Shown here piece after piece: positions 12,448-24,143 of a stretch of DNA of 64,000 bases. The translations under genes were made by a program, and so were the position numbers. Position 1 is the stretch's first letter, and every line of letters begins with the position of its first letter. The notes under the pieces were generated by a model that was given only the letters and a program-made list of their open reading frames with translations, was not told the origin of the DNA and ran no database searches. This DNA comes from TPA_inf: Saccharomyces. Its lineage: Eukaryota. The stretch lies in the NCBI GenBank assembly GCA_000146045.2, contig BK006937.2, positions 252,621 to 316,620 of the forward strand. Direction: 5' to 3'.

Positions 12448-14226
12448 ATGGCTTTGGAACCTATTGATTATACTACTCACTCGAGAGAGATCGACGCAGA
12501 GTACCTGAAGATTGTCAGAGGCTCCGATCCTGACACCACCTGGTTGATTATTTCACCCAATGCGAAAAAAGAATACGAACCTGAGTCTACCGGTTCCTCC
12601 TTTCACGATTTCTTGCAATTGTTTGATGAAACCAAGGTCCAGTACGGACTGGCACGTGTGTCCCCACCAGGGTCAGACGTTGAGAAGATTATTATCATTG
12701 GTTGGTGTCCTGATTCTGCGCCATTGAAGACAAGGGCCTCTTTCGCCGCCAATTTTGCTGCAGTTGCTAATAATCTGTTCAAGGGTTACCACGTTCAAGT
12801 TACCGCCAGAGACGAGGACGATCTTGACGAAAATGAACTGTTGATGAAAATCAGTAACGCGGCCGGTGCCCGTTATTCTATTCAGACTTCCTCCAAGCAA
12901 CAGGGGAAGGCTTCCACTCCTCCCGTGAAGAAATCCTTCACACCTTCCAAGAGCCCTGCTCCAGTTTCTAAGAAGGAACCAGTCAAGACTCCTTCCCCAG
13001 CACCTGCTGCTAAGATTTCTTCCCGTGTTAACGACAACAATGACGACGACGATTGGAATGAGCCTGAATTAAAGGAACGCGACTTCGATCAGGCTCCCCT
13101 GAAACCAAATCAATCATCTTACAAACCAATTGGCAAAATCGACTTGCAAAAAGTGATTGCTGAAGAAAAGGCTAAGGAGGACCCACGTCTTGTTCAAAAG
13201 CCAACCGCTGCTGGTTCCAAGATTGATCCTAGTTCTGATATCGCTAATTTAAAGAACGAATCAAAATTAAAGAGGGACTCCGAGTTTAACTCCTTTTTGG
13301 GCACCACTAAACCCCCCTCCATGACGGAATCTTCATTAAAGAATGATGATGATAAAGTCATTAAGGGTTTTAGAAACGAGAAATCACCTGCTCAATTATG
13401 GGCCGAAAGAAAGGCAAAGCAAAACAGCGGCAACGCCGAAACTAAGGCTGAGGCACCAAAACCTGAAGTTCCAGAAGATGAGCCTGAAGGTGAACCTGAC
13501 GTCAAAGATTTGAAATCAAAATTTGAAGGATTGGCCGCTTCAGAAAAAGAGGAGGAAGAAATGGAAAACAAATTTGCTCCTCCTCCAAAGAAATCAGAAC
13601 CAACTATTATCTCACCAAAACCCTTCTCCAAGCCACAAGAACCTGTGAAAGCTGAAGAAGCCGAGCAGCCTAAGACTGATTACAAGAAGATCGGCAACCC
13701 ATTACCCGGTATGCACATTGAAGCGGATAATGAGGAAGAACCAGAAGAGAATGATGATGACTGGGATGATGATGAAGACGAGGCTGCTCAACCTCCTTTG
13801 CCTTCGAGGAATGTTGCGTCAGGAGCACCAGTGCAAAAAGAAGAGCCTGAACAAGAAGAGATCGCCCCAAGCTTACCTTCTAGAAACTCGATCCCAGCTC
13901 CAAAACAAGAAGAAGCACCTGAACAAGCACCTGAAGAAGAAATTGAAGAAGAAGCTGAGGAAGCCGCTCCACAGCTGCCATCAAGAAGCTCTGCAGCTCC
14001 TCCTCCGCCTCCAAGACGAGCAACTCCAGAGAAAAAGCCAAAGGAAAATCCTTGGGCCACAGCAGAATATGATTACGATGCTGCAGAAGATAACGAACTG
14101 ACCTTTGTGGAAAATGACAAGATTATCAATATTGAATTTGTCGACGATGACTGGTGGCTAGGGGAACTAGAGAAAGACGGCTCAAAAGGTCTCTTCCCCA
14201 GCAATTATGTGTCTTTGGGCAACTAG
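12448..14226 (+). CDS. ABP1: Actin-binding protein with ADF-H domain, acidic/Pro-rich linker and C-terminal SH3
   Basis: 592-aa ORF; the C-terminus (AEYDYDAAEDNELTF...WWLGE...GLFPSNYV) is a canonical SH3 domain, and poly-P motifs (PPLPSR ×3) are present. Confidence 0.95.
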   Translation: MALEPIDYTTHSREIDAEYLKIVRGSDPDTTWLIISPNAKKEYEPESTGSSFHDFLQLFDETKVQYGLARVSPPGSDVEKIIIIGWCPDSAPLKTRASFAANFAAVANNLFKGYHVQVTARDEDDLDENELLMKISNAAGARYSIQTSSKQQGKASTPPVKKSFTPSKSPAPVSKKEPVKTPSPAPAAKISSRVNDNNDDDDWNEPELKERDFDQAPLKPNQSSYKPIGKIDLQKVIAEEKAKEDPRLVQKPTAAGSKIDPSSDIANLKNESKLKRDSEFNSFLGTTKPPSMTESSLKNDDDKVIKGFRNEKSPAQLWAERKAKQNSGNAETKAEAPKPEVPEDEPEGEPDVKDLKSKFEGLAASEKEEEEMENKFAPPPKKSEPTIISPKPFSKPQEPVKAEEAEQPKTDYKKIGNPLPGMHIEADNEEEPEENDDDWDDDEDEAAQPPLPSRNVASGAPVQKEEPEQEEIAPSLPSRNSIPAPKQEEAPEQAPEEEIEEEAEEAAPQLPSRSSAAPPPPPRRATPEKKPKENPWATAEYDYDAAEDNELTFVENDKIINIEFVDDDWWLGELEKDGSKGLFPSNYVSLGN

Positions 14227-14364
14227 AATCACACGTCAGCGTCATGCTATTATATTATTCTTACGTAAAAAAATACTTACAGAGACGTTAAAGCTTTTGT
14301 ATAGATACTTTCACGAGCCTTCCCTTTCAGTAAAATGAACAAATTATTTTGCCTTGTCCTTCTT

Positions 14365-14466
14365 TGTTTCAAGCGTTTATATGACTCCTCTACAGTATTA
14401 TTTTTCAACAGACGGTGTGCCCGTACGGCGTTGTCAAAACCTCGAACATAAAACAACACTGAAACA
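14365..14466. promoter_or_regulatory. Two pheromone-response-element-like TGAAACA motifs in the FIG2 promoter
   Basis: TGTTTCA at 14365-14371 (reverse orientation) and TGAAACA at 14460-14466, about 350-450 bp upstream of the FIG2 ATG. FIG2 is a pheromone-induced gene. Confidence 0.4.
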
Positions 14467-14813
14467 AACTTATTGCACTCCTGCATCGCATACAGATCTG
14501 ATACTTACTACAACCATAATGCTGTTTTAGAATCGCATCAGGTGTTTACCAGAAGTGTATGGTACATGGTGCTTTCCTTATGCTCACTATTTCGGATTTA
14601 CTTCTAGTCTATGTATAGATTTGTTAGAGACCAGTTTTAAGCTACAATGGAACGTTAAGATTAAGAAATGCATGAAGAGTCTCCCAGTAGATATATAAAG
14701 CTGAATTAAATTCAGTACAATGGAAGTTTCCACGTCTTTCTGTATTTTCATACCTTTAATTATAGGAAAAGCACACTACAAAAATACGCTATCATCTACC
14801 GAATATAACTGCA

Positions 14814-17800
14814 ATGAACTCATTTGCGTCATTAGGTCTGATATATTCAGTAGTAAACCTTTTAACTAGAGTAGAGGCTCAAATTGTGTTCTACCAGAAT
14901 AGTAGTACTTCACTGCCTGTCCCTACTTTAGTATCCACCTCAATAGCAGATTTTCACGAGTCCTCATCAACTGGCGAAGTGCAGTATTCATCCTCTTATT
15001 CGTATGTGCAGCCCTCAATAGACTCCTTCACTTCATCTAGCTTCTTAACAAGTTTTGAAGCTCCTACCGAAACTTCTTCCAGCTATGCAGTTTCTTCCTC
15101 ATTGATAACTTCTGATACTTTTTCTTCATACTCTGATATCTTCGATGAAGAAACAAGTTCATTAATATCAACCTCAGCTGCCTCATCGGAGAAAGCCTCG
15201 TCCACCCTTTCTTCAACTGCACAACCTCATAGGACATCTCACTCTTCCTCTTCATTCGAGCTACCAGTCACTGCTCCATCATCCTCTAGTTTACCGTCCT
15301 CAACTTCATTGACATTTACGTCAGTTAATCCATCTCAAAGTTGGACTTCATTTAACTCAGAAAAATCTAGCGCTCTTTCCTCAACCATAGATTTTACTTC
15401 TTCTGAGATTTCAGGTTCAACATCTCCAAAGAGCCTGGAAAGTTTCGATACCACCGGTACTATAACTTCATCTTATTCTCCTTCTCCTTCTTCAAAAAAT
15501 TCTAACCAGACCTCACTACTCAGCCCATTGGAGCCTCTGTCCAGTTCTTCAGGAGATTTAATATTGAGTTCAACTATTCAAGCTACTACCAATGACCAAA
15601 CTTCAAAAACTATTCCAACTCTTGTTGACGCCACATCGTCATTACCACCAACATTGAGGTCATCCAGTATGGCACCAACAAGTGGTTCTGATTCAATCTC
15701 ACACAACTTTACGAGCCCCCCCTCTAAAACAAGTGGTAACTACGATGTTTTGACTTCAAACTCAATAGATCCTTCTCTATTTACAACTACGAGTGAATAT
15801 TCATCTACACAATTGTCGAGTTTAAATCGGGCCTCAAAAAGTGAAACAGTTAATTTCACTGCTTCTATTGCTTCCACACCATTTGGTACAGATTCGGCTA
15901 CTTCTCTAATAGACCCCATTAGTTCAGTGGGTTCTACAGCATCTAGCTTTGTGGGAATTTCAACCGCCAATTTTAGTACACAAGGGAACTCGAACTATGT
16001 TCCTGAATCAACTGCAAGTGGAAGTTCACAATACCAGGACTGGTCAAGCTCTTCTCTTCCGCTGTCACAAACCACTTGGGTTGTCATCAACACAACTAAT
16101 ACACAAGGGTCTGTAACGTCAACCACATCCCCGGCTTATGTTTCTACGGCCACCAAAACGGTTGACGGGGTGATCACCGAATATGTTACATGGTGTCCTC
16201 TAACACAAACCAAATCACAAGCAATTGGGGTCAGTTCGTCCATTTCTAGCGTTCCACAAGCCTCCTCATTTAGCGGTAGTTCTATTTTGAGCTCCAATTC
16301 CAGCACTCTTGCTGCCTCGAACAACGTTCCTGAATCAACTGCAAGCGGAAGTTCACAATACCAGGACTGGTCAAGCTCTTCTCTTCCGCTGTCACAAACC
16401 ACTTGGGTTGTCATCAACACAACTAATACACAAGGGTCTGTAACGTCAACCACATCCCCGGCTTATGTTTCTACGGCCACCAAAACGGTTGACGGGGTGA
16501 TCACCGAATATGTTACATGGTGTCCTCTAACACAAACCAAATCACAAGCAATTGGGATCAGTTCATCCACGATTAGCGCCACACAAACCTCTAAACCATC
16601 TTCAATATTAACATTGGGGATATCGACCTTACAATTGTCTGATGCCACATTTAAGGGGACTGAAACTATAAACACCCATCTCATGACCGAAAGTACTTCA
16701 ATCACAGAGCCCACCTATTTTAGTGGCACATCGGATAGTTTTTATTTGTGCACCAGTGAAGTTAATCTTGCGTCTTCCTTATCTTCTTATCCAAATTTTT
16801 CATCTTCAGAAGGCTCTACGGCGACCATTACTAACTCTACCGTTACATTTGGATCGACCAGCAAGTATCCATCTACTAGTGTATCTAACCCAACAGAAGC
16901 CAGCCAACATGTGAGCTCTAGTGTGAACTCACTCACTGATTTTACTTCAAATTCAACCGAAACCATCGCAGTTATATCTAATATTCACAAAACTTCGTCA
17001 AATAAAGACTATTCATTGACGACTACGCAATTAAAGACCAGCGGAATGCAAACGCTTGTGCTTTCTACTGTCACAACAACGGTGAACGGTGCTGCTACGG
17101 AATACACAACGTGGTGCCCGGCATCAAGTATTGCTTATACGACATCCATATCATATAAAACATTAGTTTTGACCACTGAAGTCTGCTCTCATTCTGAGTG
17201 TACTCCAACGGTTATTACCAGTGTTACTGCAACAAGCTCTACAATCCCCCTTTTATCAACCTCTAGCTCTACGGTATTATCTTCTACAGTATCCGAAGGT
17301 GCAAAAAATCCCGCTGCTTCTGAAGTAACTATTAATACCCAAGTTTCTGCTACTTCCGAAGCTACTAGTACTAGCACTCAAGTGTCTGCTACTTCTGCGA
17401 CGGCCACTGCTAGCGAGAGTTCAACCACATCCCAGGTTTCTACTGCTTCCGAAACTATTAGCACTCTCGGTACTCAAAACTTTACCACTACTGGAAGCTT
17501 ACTTTTCCCGGCTTTGTCTACTGAAATGATAAATACTACTGTGGTTTCCCGAAAAACCCTAATTATTAGTACAGAGGTATGTTCCCATTCCAAATGTGTC
17601 CCAACAGTCATTACCGAGGTTGTTACTTCGAAAGGCACGCCTTCTAATGGACATTCTTCTCAAACTCTACAAACGGAGGCAGTAGAGGTGACATTGTCAT
17701 CCCATCAAACCGTAACTATGAGTACCGAAGTATGTTCTAATTCGATTTGCACACCGACTGTTATTACATCTGTGCAAATGAGAAGTACTCCTTTTCCATA

Positions 17801-19643
17801 CTTAACTTCTTCAACGTCAAGTTCCTCTTTAGCCTCCACCAAAAAAAGTTCCTTAGAAGCCTCCTCAGAAATGTCCACCTTTTCTGTCAGTACGCAAAGT
17901 TTGCCTTTGGCATTCACAAGTTCAGAAAAACGCTCCACCACATCTGTCTCTCAATGGTCAAATACCGTTTTAACTAATACAATAATGTCCTCTTCTTCTA
18001 ATGTCATATCAACAAATGAAAAGCCCAGTAGTACTACCTCTCCATACAACTTCTCTTCGGGGTACTCTTTACCTTCTTCTTCTACACCTTCCCAATATTC
18101 ACTATCTACAGCTACTACAACAATCAACGGAATCAAAACTGTGTACACAACTTGGTGTCCATTGGCAGAAAAATCTACTGTAGCTGCTTCTTCTCAATCT
18201 TCCCGCAGTGTTGACAGGTTTGTTTCGTCGTCAAAACCATCCTCATCTTTATCTCAGACCTCTATTCAATATACATTATCTACTGCTACCACCACCATAA
18301 GTGGTTTGAAGACTGTATACACGACTTGGTGTCCATTAACAAGTAAATCGACTTTAGGTGCTACTACTCAAACTTCCTCGACAGCCAAAGTTAGAATTAC
18401 TTCCGCTTCATCTGCAACATCTACTTCTATTTCTTTGAGCACTTCAACAGAATCAGAATCTTCATCTGGATATTTGTCGAAAGGAGTATGCTCAGGTACT
18501 GAATGTACGCAAGATGTGCCAACACAATCATCCTCACCTGCTTCAACGTTAGCATATTCCCCCTCTGTTTCTACATCATCATCATCATCATTCTCAACAA
18601 CAACTGCATCAACACTAACGTCAACACACACCTCTGTCCCGTTATTACCATCATCTAGCTCTATATCAGCATCTTCGCCATCATCAACTTCGTTGTTATC
18701 CACTTCTTTACCATCTCCCGCTTTTACGTCATCAACACTTCCAACAGCAACAGCAGTATCTTCCTCCACTTTCATAGCGTCTTCTCTACCATTGTCCTCT
18801 AAATCATCATTGTCGTTATCGCCAGTCTCGTCGTCTATTTTGATGTCTCAGTTTTCATCATCATCATCATCATCATCATCATTGGCATCGTTGCCATCTC
18901 TTTCTATATCACCAACTGTTGACACTGTTTCTGTTCTACAACCAACTACTTCCATCGCAACACTAACTTGCACAGACTCACAATGCCAACAGGAGGTATC
19001 CACTATCTGTAATGGATCCAACTGTGACGATGTGACTTCAACTGCCACTACTCCTCCATCTACGGTTACTGATACTATGACATGTACTGGATCTGAGTGC
19101 CAGAAAACCACATCTAGCAGCTGTGATGGTTACTCGTGTAAAGTATCCGAAACGTATAAATCAAGCGCTACAATATCTGCATGTAGTGGAGAAGGATGCC
19201 AAGCTTCCGCTACAAGTGAGCTAAATTCTCAATACGTCACGATGACGTCTGTCATTACCCCAAGTGCCATAACAACAACATCAGTGGAAGTGCATTCAAC
19301 TGAATCCACTATATCAATTACTACAGTGAAGCCAGTTACATATACATCCAGTGATACTAATGGAGAACTGATAACCATAACAAGTTCCAGCCAAACTGTA
19401 ATTCCATCAGTAACGACGATAATAACGAGAACAAAAGTGGCCATAACTTCAGCACCAAAGCCAACAACTACGACCTATGTCGAGCAACGACTTTCCTCCA
19501 GTGGGATTGCTACTTCTTTTGTTGCTGCTGCATCCTCAACTTGGATTACTACACCCATTGTCAGTACGTATGCTGGTTCGGCGTCAAAATTTCTCTGTAG
19601 TAAGTTCTTTATGATAATGGTAATGGTGATCAACTTCATTTAA
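14814..19643 (+). CDS. FIG2: Ser/Thr-rich GPI-type cell-wall adhesin, pheromone-induced
   Basis: 1609-aa ORF with an N-terminal signal peptide, an extreme S/T content, internal repeats and a hydrophobic C-terminus. Confidence 0.9.
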   Translation: MNSFASLGLIYSVVNLLTRVEAQIVFYQNSSTSLPVPTLVSTSIADFHESSSTGEVQYSSSYSYVQPSIDSFTSSSFLTSFEAPTETSSSYAVSSSLITSDTFSSYSDIFDEETSSLISTSAASSEKASSTLSSTAQPHRTSHSSSSFELPVTAPSSSSLPSSTSLTFTSVNPSQSWTSFNSEKSSALSSTIDFTSSEISGSTSPKSLESFDTTGTITSSYSPSPSSKNSNQTSLLSPLEPLSSSSGDLILSSTIQATTNDQTSKTIPTLVDATSSLPPTLRSSSMAPTSGSDSISHNFTSPPSKTSGNYDVLTSNSIDPSLFTTTSEYSSTQLSSLNRASKSETVNFTASIASTPFGTDSATSLIDPISSVGSTASSFVGISTANFSTQGNSNYVPESTASGSSQYQDWSSSSLPLSQTTWVVINTTNTQGSVTSTTSPAYVSTATKTVDGVITEYVTWCPLTQTKSQAIGVSSSISSVPQASSFSGSSILSSNSSTLAASNNVPESTASGSSQYQDWSSSSLPLSQTTWVVINTTNTQGSVTSTTSPAYVSTATKTVDGVITEYVTWCPLTQTKSQAIGISSSTISATQTSKPSSILTLGISTLQLSDATFKGTETINTHLMTESTSITEPTYFSGTSDSFYLCTSEVNLASSLSSYPNFSSSEGSTATITNSTVTFGSTSKYPSTSVSNPTEASQHVSSSVNSLTDFTSNSTETIAVISNIHKTSSNKDYSLTTTQLKTSGMQTLVLSTVTTTVNGAATEYTTWCPASSIAYTTSISYKTLVLTTEVCSHSECTPTVITSVTATSSTIPLLSTSSSTVLSSTVSEGAKNPAASEVTINTQVSATSEATSTSTQVSATSATATASESSTTSQVSTASETISTLGTQNFTTTGSLLFPALSTEMINTTVVSRKTLIISTEVCSHSKCVPTVITEVVTSKGTPSNGHSSQTLQTEAVEVTLSSHQTVTMSTEVCSNSICTPTVITSVQMRSTPFPYLTSSTSSSSLASTKKSSLEASSEMSTFSVSTQSLPLAFTSSEKRSTTSVSQWSNTVLTNTIMSSSSNVISTNEKPSSTTSPYNFSSGYSLPSSSTPSQYSLSTATTTINGIKTVYTTWCPLAEKSTVAASSQSSRSVDRFVSSSKPSSSLSQTSIQYTLSTATTTISGLKTVYTTWCPLTSKSTLGATTQTSSTAKVRITSASSATSTSISLSTSTESESSSGYLSKGVCSGTECTQDVPTQSSSPASTLAYSPSVSTSSSSSFSTTTASTLTSTHTSVPLLPSSSSISASSPSSTSLLSTSLPSPAFTSSTLPTATAVSSSTFIASSLPLSSKSSLSLSPVSSSILMSQFSSSSSSSSSLASLPSLSISPTVDTVSVLQPTTSIATLTCTDSQCQQEVSTICNGSNCDDVTSTATTPPSTVTDTMTCTGSECQKTTSSSCDGYSCKVSETYKSSATISACSGEGCQASATSELNSQYVTMTSVITPSAITTTSVEVHSTESTISITTVKPVTYTSSDTNGELITITSSSQTVIPSVTTIITRTKVAITSAPKPTTTTYVEQRLSSSGIATSFVAAASSTWITTPIVSTYAGSASKFLCSKFFMIMVMVINFI
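15999..16567 (+). repeat. Near-perfect tandem duplication (period 327 bp, 109 aa) inside the FIG2 coding sequence
   Basis: The sequence gttcctgaatcaactgcaag...caagcaattggg occurs at 15999-16240 and again at 16326-16567 with only one or two mismatches, giving the protein repeat VPESTASGSSQYQDW...TWCPLTQTKSQAIG. Confidence 0.9.
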
Positions 19644-19694
19644 TTTCCCGTATATATTATATGTACGTATATATGCTATAAACAGACACTCTTT

Positions 19695-20243
19695 TTACTT
19701 ACCTTTAATAATGCTTGATGAGAAATCAGTCATTGTTACTTCTTCCCCAAGGTTGTCATCATAATCATACCATTCATTATCCTCTAGTTGGCATGACATT
19801 ACTTTCCCCGAACTTAGAGAAACTTCAAACGTTATGGTGTCGGGATAAAATTTGATTAATTCACAACCTCTGCAATCAAGGCTTAAAGGAATGAAAGAAT
19901 CTTCTTTGACCTTCGATAAACCATGCTTCTTCCGCACATCTTTTATCTTGGCCCATTTGTCGTCACTCTGATCAGTTAAATATTCATCCTCAAAAGCGCA
20001 CAGGTTAACTGACAATTCTTTTGAACAAAATTTACACTTCATCAAGAAAGATGCGGTACCTTTTGATGCCGGCATAGCATATTCTTCAAATGTATTGATG
20101 ATGACTTTAGAATCGTGTAATTCTCTACAACTGGTACATTGTAGATCGAAGGCAAATTCTGCCCTTGATTCGTTTGTATTCTCAATTGAAACCTTGGTCA
20201 CGTTTTCTGATAATGTTGCTTTCAGAACCAAAAATAACGGCAT
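19695..20243 (-). CDS. Conserved DUF866-family protein with paired CxxC motifs (YCR090C)
   Basis: 186-aa ORF; the annotated 182-aa protein starts at the internal Met (MPLFLVLK...). Confidence 0.7.
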   Translation of the reverse strand: MPLFLVLKATLSENVTKVSIENTNESRAEFAFDLQCTSCRELHDSKVIINTFEEYAMPASKGTASFLMKCKFCSKELSVNLCAFEDEYLTDQSDDKWAKIKDVRKKHGLSKVKEDSFIPLSLDCRGCELIKFYPDTITFEVSLSSGKVMSCQLEDNEWYDYDDNLGEEVTMTDFSSSIIKGK

Positions 20244-21783
20244 TATCGTACACAACCTGGTTTTCTTTATTGGTTAAGTTGTCTTTATTCAAAATTTTTC
20301 ATTACTTCTTATAAACAGCTTCTTGACGCTTGTAATTTCATAAGTTTTTGATACAAGCAATGGAAACAAAATTAAGAAAATGTAGGCAACGAAGAACTAA
20401 ATTTGAAAAAAAAAAAAAAAAAAATTTACTGCCAAGATCATCTAAATTATCTTATAGTAGCAAAGCTTGAGCATAAAAGGATCAATCTTTTAGTTTTTTA
20501 TGGCAAAGTACATTTGCAGTAAGTAATTAGTGATGAGATAAACAAAGAATAATAATCCAATTCGAAATCAAAAATTCAAACAACAAAAAACATAATTTCA
20601 CATATATATCTAATTCATTCACGAAAAACACGTCAGTTCCTTCTGTCTGTTGTAAATAGGATGCATCCGCAGTGAATCATGGAAATATTTCAAAACTTTC
20701 AGCCCAATCATTTTATTTGGTCAATGAAGCCATAAACGCTCCGTAATTCTAAGATTAAAAAAAATTCATAAAAATAAGGACCAATATAAATATATATATT
20801 TAATGTGCTAGTGACAATCCTAGTGATAAAATTGCAAATTATACTACAATTGGTCATGGTGAAGCCTAAACACACCATTACGTCTTCACAGTGTTATTCA
20901 TTTTATTTTCAAAGGTATGCTACTACTAATGCACCAGTGTATACCATGATACGGTGAAAAGGGCATGTAATATTGCGTTAATTTGTCGATAACCTTTCTT
21001 TACGTTTAAATTTTTTTTTTATAACTGGCGACACTAAACTTCTCGATAAAATACAACATAAAAAGCAGTACCTAGCTAAGCGAACAACAGATAATAAATA
21101 GCTAAACATCTAGGTTAATAGCCAATTAGCAATACATTTAAGGATTGATAGTGTGGTATTTACAAGGTAATAGCCCGCTAGGCTATAAGGAAACTACTCT
21201 AAATTCACCTTCCATATATGTGACTGCCAAGAAAATATTACTAGTTATCAAGCTTTTTTTGTGTGCATTCAACTTCAACGAATCCTTCGTCATCAATGAA
21301 ACAAAAGAACAAGCCAGAACTGAAAAAAAAAAATCAAAACCACTAAGAATGTCACATCCTTCCAAAACTCCTGCTGGCTCTTCAACTCTTCAAAGAATAT
21401 CAAGATAAATATCATTATCTCCAGTGTGGCCGACCCATGCATGAGTGCGAGGAGCATTAAGTTGGATCCTGGGAAAACATGTCAAGGACATTCAATAAAG
21501 TACTTTTCATACTACAACAGACGCTAGAAGAACTAGAATGTAACCGTGAACTGCCTCTCAAACACATAATTATGATAGCGCCGTCTTCGGCATCCTTTTT
21601 CGGAAATATACTTTCCTTTTTCCCTCTTTCAGCTATATTGTTCAAGGAGTAACATAAGACATAATAACCCCAGTTTTTTTAGAGAAAGTTCTTCTTCTTT
21701 AATTATAGTATGTTTGAAACGTACAAGAATTCATTGAGTGCCCTAAGGATTACTGCAAACAAGGTTCAACAGTGTTGGTACAC

Positions 21784-23946
21784 ATGACTCAGCAAGAATA
21801 CCGTTCCCCCTCACAACGCTTATCCAAGGGGAGGAGCATGTCGCTACCCAAAATATTTGCTCGTAATTTGAGATCTCTGCAAAACAATGCACCTCCTGGC
21901 AAAAACATCAATGTCAATTGTTTGAACGTCAATTCTTGTTCGTTGTCCGCAAGCCCAAGCTCACAAATTAATATGGCTTGTAATGGAAACAAGCAAGATC
22001 TTCCCATACCGTTTCCCCTGCATGTAGAATGCAACGATAGCTGGTCAAGCTCCAAACTTAACAAGTTCAAATCAATGTTTAATCATAACAGATCAAAGAG
22101 CAGTGGTACTACAGATGCGTCAACTTCAGAAAAAGGTACGCATAAGCGTGAACCCCGGTCGACGATACATACAGAGCTGTTACAAAGTTCCATTATCGGT
22201 GAGCCAAATGTCCATAGTACTACAAGTAGCACACTTATACCCAATGAGGCGATATGCTCCACACCTAATGAGATCTCAGGTAGCTCTTCTCCGGACGCGG
22301 AGTTATTTACCTTTGACATGCCCACAGACCCGTCATCCTTCCACACTCCTAGCTCCCCAAGTTATATAGCAAAGGACAGTAGAAACCTGAGTAATGGATC
22401 TTTGAATGATATTAACGAAAATGAAGAGCTCCAAAATTTCCATAGAAAAATCAGCGAAAATGGCAGTGCCTCCCCCCTGGCTAACTTGTCATTATCCAAT
22501 TCACCAATTGATTCCCCAAGGAAAAATAGCGAAACCAGAAAGGATCAAATACCTATGAACATAACACCACGTTTAAGGAGGGCCGCTTCCGAACCGTTCA
22601 ATACGGCAAAGGATGGGTTAATGCGGGAAGATTACATTGCCTTGAAACAACCTCCAAGCTTGGGAGATATTGTAGAACCGAGGAGATCTCGTCGTTTAAG
22701 AACCAAGTCATTCGGTAACAAGTTCCAAGACATTACTGTCGAACCTCAATCCTTCGAAAAAATTAGACTACTTGGCCAAGGTGACGTAGGTAAAGTGTAT
22801 TTAGTGAGGGAACGCGATACCAACCAGATATTCGCCCTGAAAGTTTTGAATAAACATGAGATGATCAAGAGGAAGAAAATTAAACGAGTACTCACTGAAC
22901 AGGAAATTCTCGCGACAAGTGATCATCCATTTATTGTGACACTGTATCATTCCTTTCAAACCAAAGACTATTTGTATCTCTGTATGGAATACTGCATGGG
23001 AGGGGAATTCTTTAGAGCCTTACAAACAAGAAAAAGTAAATGCATTGCAGAAGAAGATGCGAAGTTTTACGCCAGTGAAGTAGTAGCAGCTTTGGAATAT
23101 TTACACCTACTGGGCTTCATATACAGAGATTTGAAACCCGAAAACATATTACTGCATCAATCTGGTCATGTCATGCTTTCTGACTTTGATTTATCCATCC
23201 AAGCAACGGGATCAAAAAAACCCACCATGAAAGACTCTACGTATTTAGATACAAAAATTTGTTCAGATGGATTCAGAACTAATTCCTTTGTTGGTACTGA
23301 AGAGTATTTAGCTCCAGAAGTAATCAGAGGGAATGGCCACACTGCAGCAGTAGACTGGTGGACTTTAGGAATATTGATTTACGAGATGCTATTTGGCTGT
23401 ACTCCATTTAAAGGAGATAATTCAAATGAAACATTCTCTAACATTTTAACCAAGGACGTCAAATTTCCACATGATAAGGAAGTTTCGAAGAATTGTAAAG
23501 ACCTGATAAAGAAACTACTAAACAAAAACGAGGCAAAAAGGCTTGGTTCCAAATCAGGAGCTGCAGACATAAAGAGACATCCCTTCTTCAAAAAAGTTCA
23601 GTGGTCGTTCTTAAGAAACCAAGACCCCCCTCTAATACCTGCATTAAATGATAACGGCTGCGAACTTCCTTTTATATTGTCTTGCAATAAACACCCGAAA
23701 AGGAACTCAGTGAGTGAACAGGAAACCAAAATGTTCTGTGAGAAAGTTGCAAACGATGATGAAATTGATGAGGCTGATCCATTCCATGATTTTAATTCTA
23801 TGAGTTTAACGAAGAAAGATCACAATATCTTAACCTACTCTGAAAATTATACCTACGGAAAAATTCTATACAAAGCAACTTGTACAAGGCCAAGGCATAA
23901 CAGCTCACATAGAAGTTTCTTTAAAGACATCATACCTGAACTATAA
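21784..23946 (+). CDS. KIN82: Ser/Thr protein kinase, flippase-kinase family
   Basis: 724-aa ORF (720 aa from the second Met) with a full kinase catalytic domain (GxGxxG, VAIK-like ALKVL, HRDLKPEN, DFD, APE) and a long S/N-rich N-terminus. Confidence 0.85.
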   Translation: MTQQEYRSPSQRLSKGRSMSLPKIFARNLRSLQNNAPPGKNINVNCLNVNSCSLSASPSSQINMACNGNKQDLPIPFPLHVECNDSWSSSKLNKFKSMFNHNRSKSSGTTDASTSEKGTHKREPRSTIHTELLQSSIIGEPNVHSTTSSTLIPNEAICSTPNEISGSSSPDAELFTFDMPTDPSSFHTPSSPSYIAKDSRNLSNGSLNDINENEELQNFHRKISENGSASPLANLSLSNSPIDSPRKNSETRKDQIPMNITPRLRRAASEPFNTAKDGLMREDYIALKQPPSLGDIVEPRRSRRLRTKSFGNKFQDITVEPQSFEKIRLLGQGDVGKVYLVRERDTNQIFALKVLNKHEMIKRKKIKRVLTEQEILATSDHPFIVTLYHSFQTKDYLYLCMEYCMGGEFFRALQTRKSKCIAEEDAKFYASEVVAALEYLHLLGFIYRDLKPENILLHQSGHVMLSDFDLSIQATGSKKPTMKDSTYLDTKICSDGFRTNSFVGTEEYLAPEVIRGNGHTAAVDWWTLGILIYEMLFGCTPFKGDNSNETFSNILTKDVKFPHDKEVSKNCKDLIKKLLNKNEAKRLGSKSGAADIKRHPFFKKVQWSFLRNQDPPLIPALNDNGCELPFILSCNKHPKRNSVSEQETKMFCEKVANDDEIDEADPFHDFNSMSLTKKDHNILTYSENYTYGKILYKATCTRPRHNSSHRSFFKDIIPEL

Positions 23947-24143
23947 CATGTTTACAGAAAGATAAACCCATGGCCAAATTTCTGTATTGTTTCTCTCAAT
24001 TTATCTTATGATAAAAATGTAAAAAATTATTTAAAAGTAAACAAATAAACAAAGGAACAATTCAAAAACGAGAAAGTGAATGAAAAATATAATATCATTT
24101 ATTGTCTGATAATGCTGCATTTAGAACATACGTACCATCCGCA

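Noticed and set aside
13670-14060. His-rich and Gly/Ser-rich antisense ORFs inside ABP1
   Set aside because: These are shadow ORFs of the acidic/Pro-rich low-complexity coding region and have no independent signals.
15064-19444. Multiple 60-135-aa minus-strand ORFs inside FIG2
   Set aside because: They read antisense to a 4.8-kb Ser/Thr-rich ORF and are compositional artefacts.
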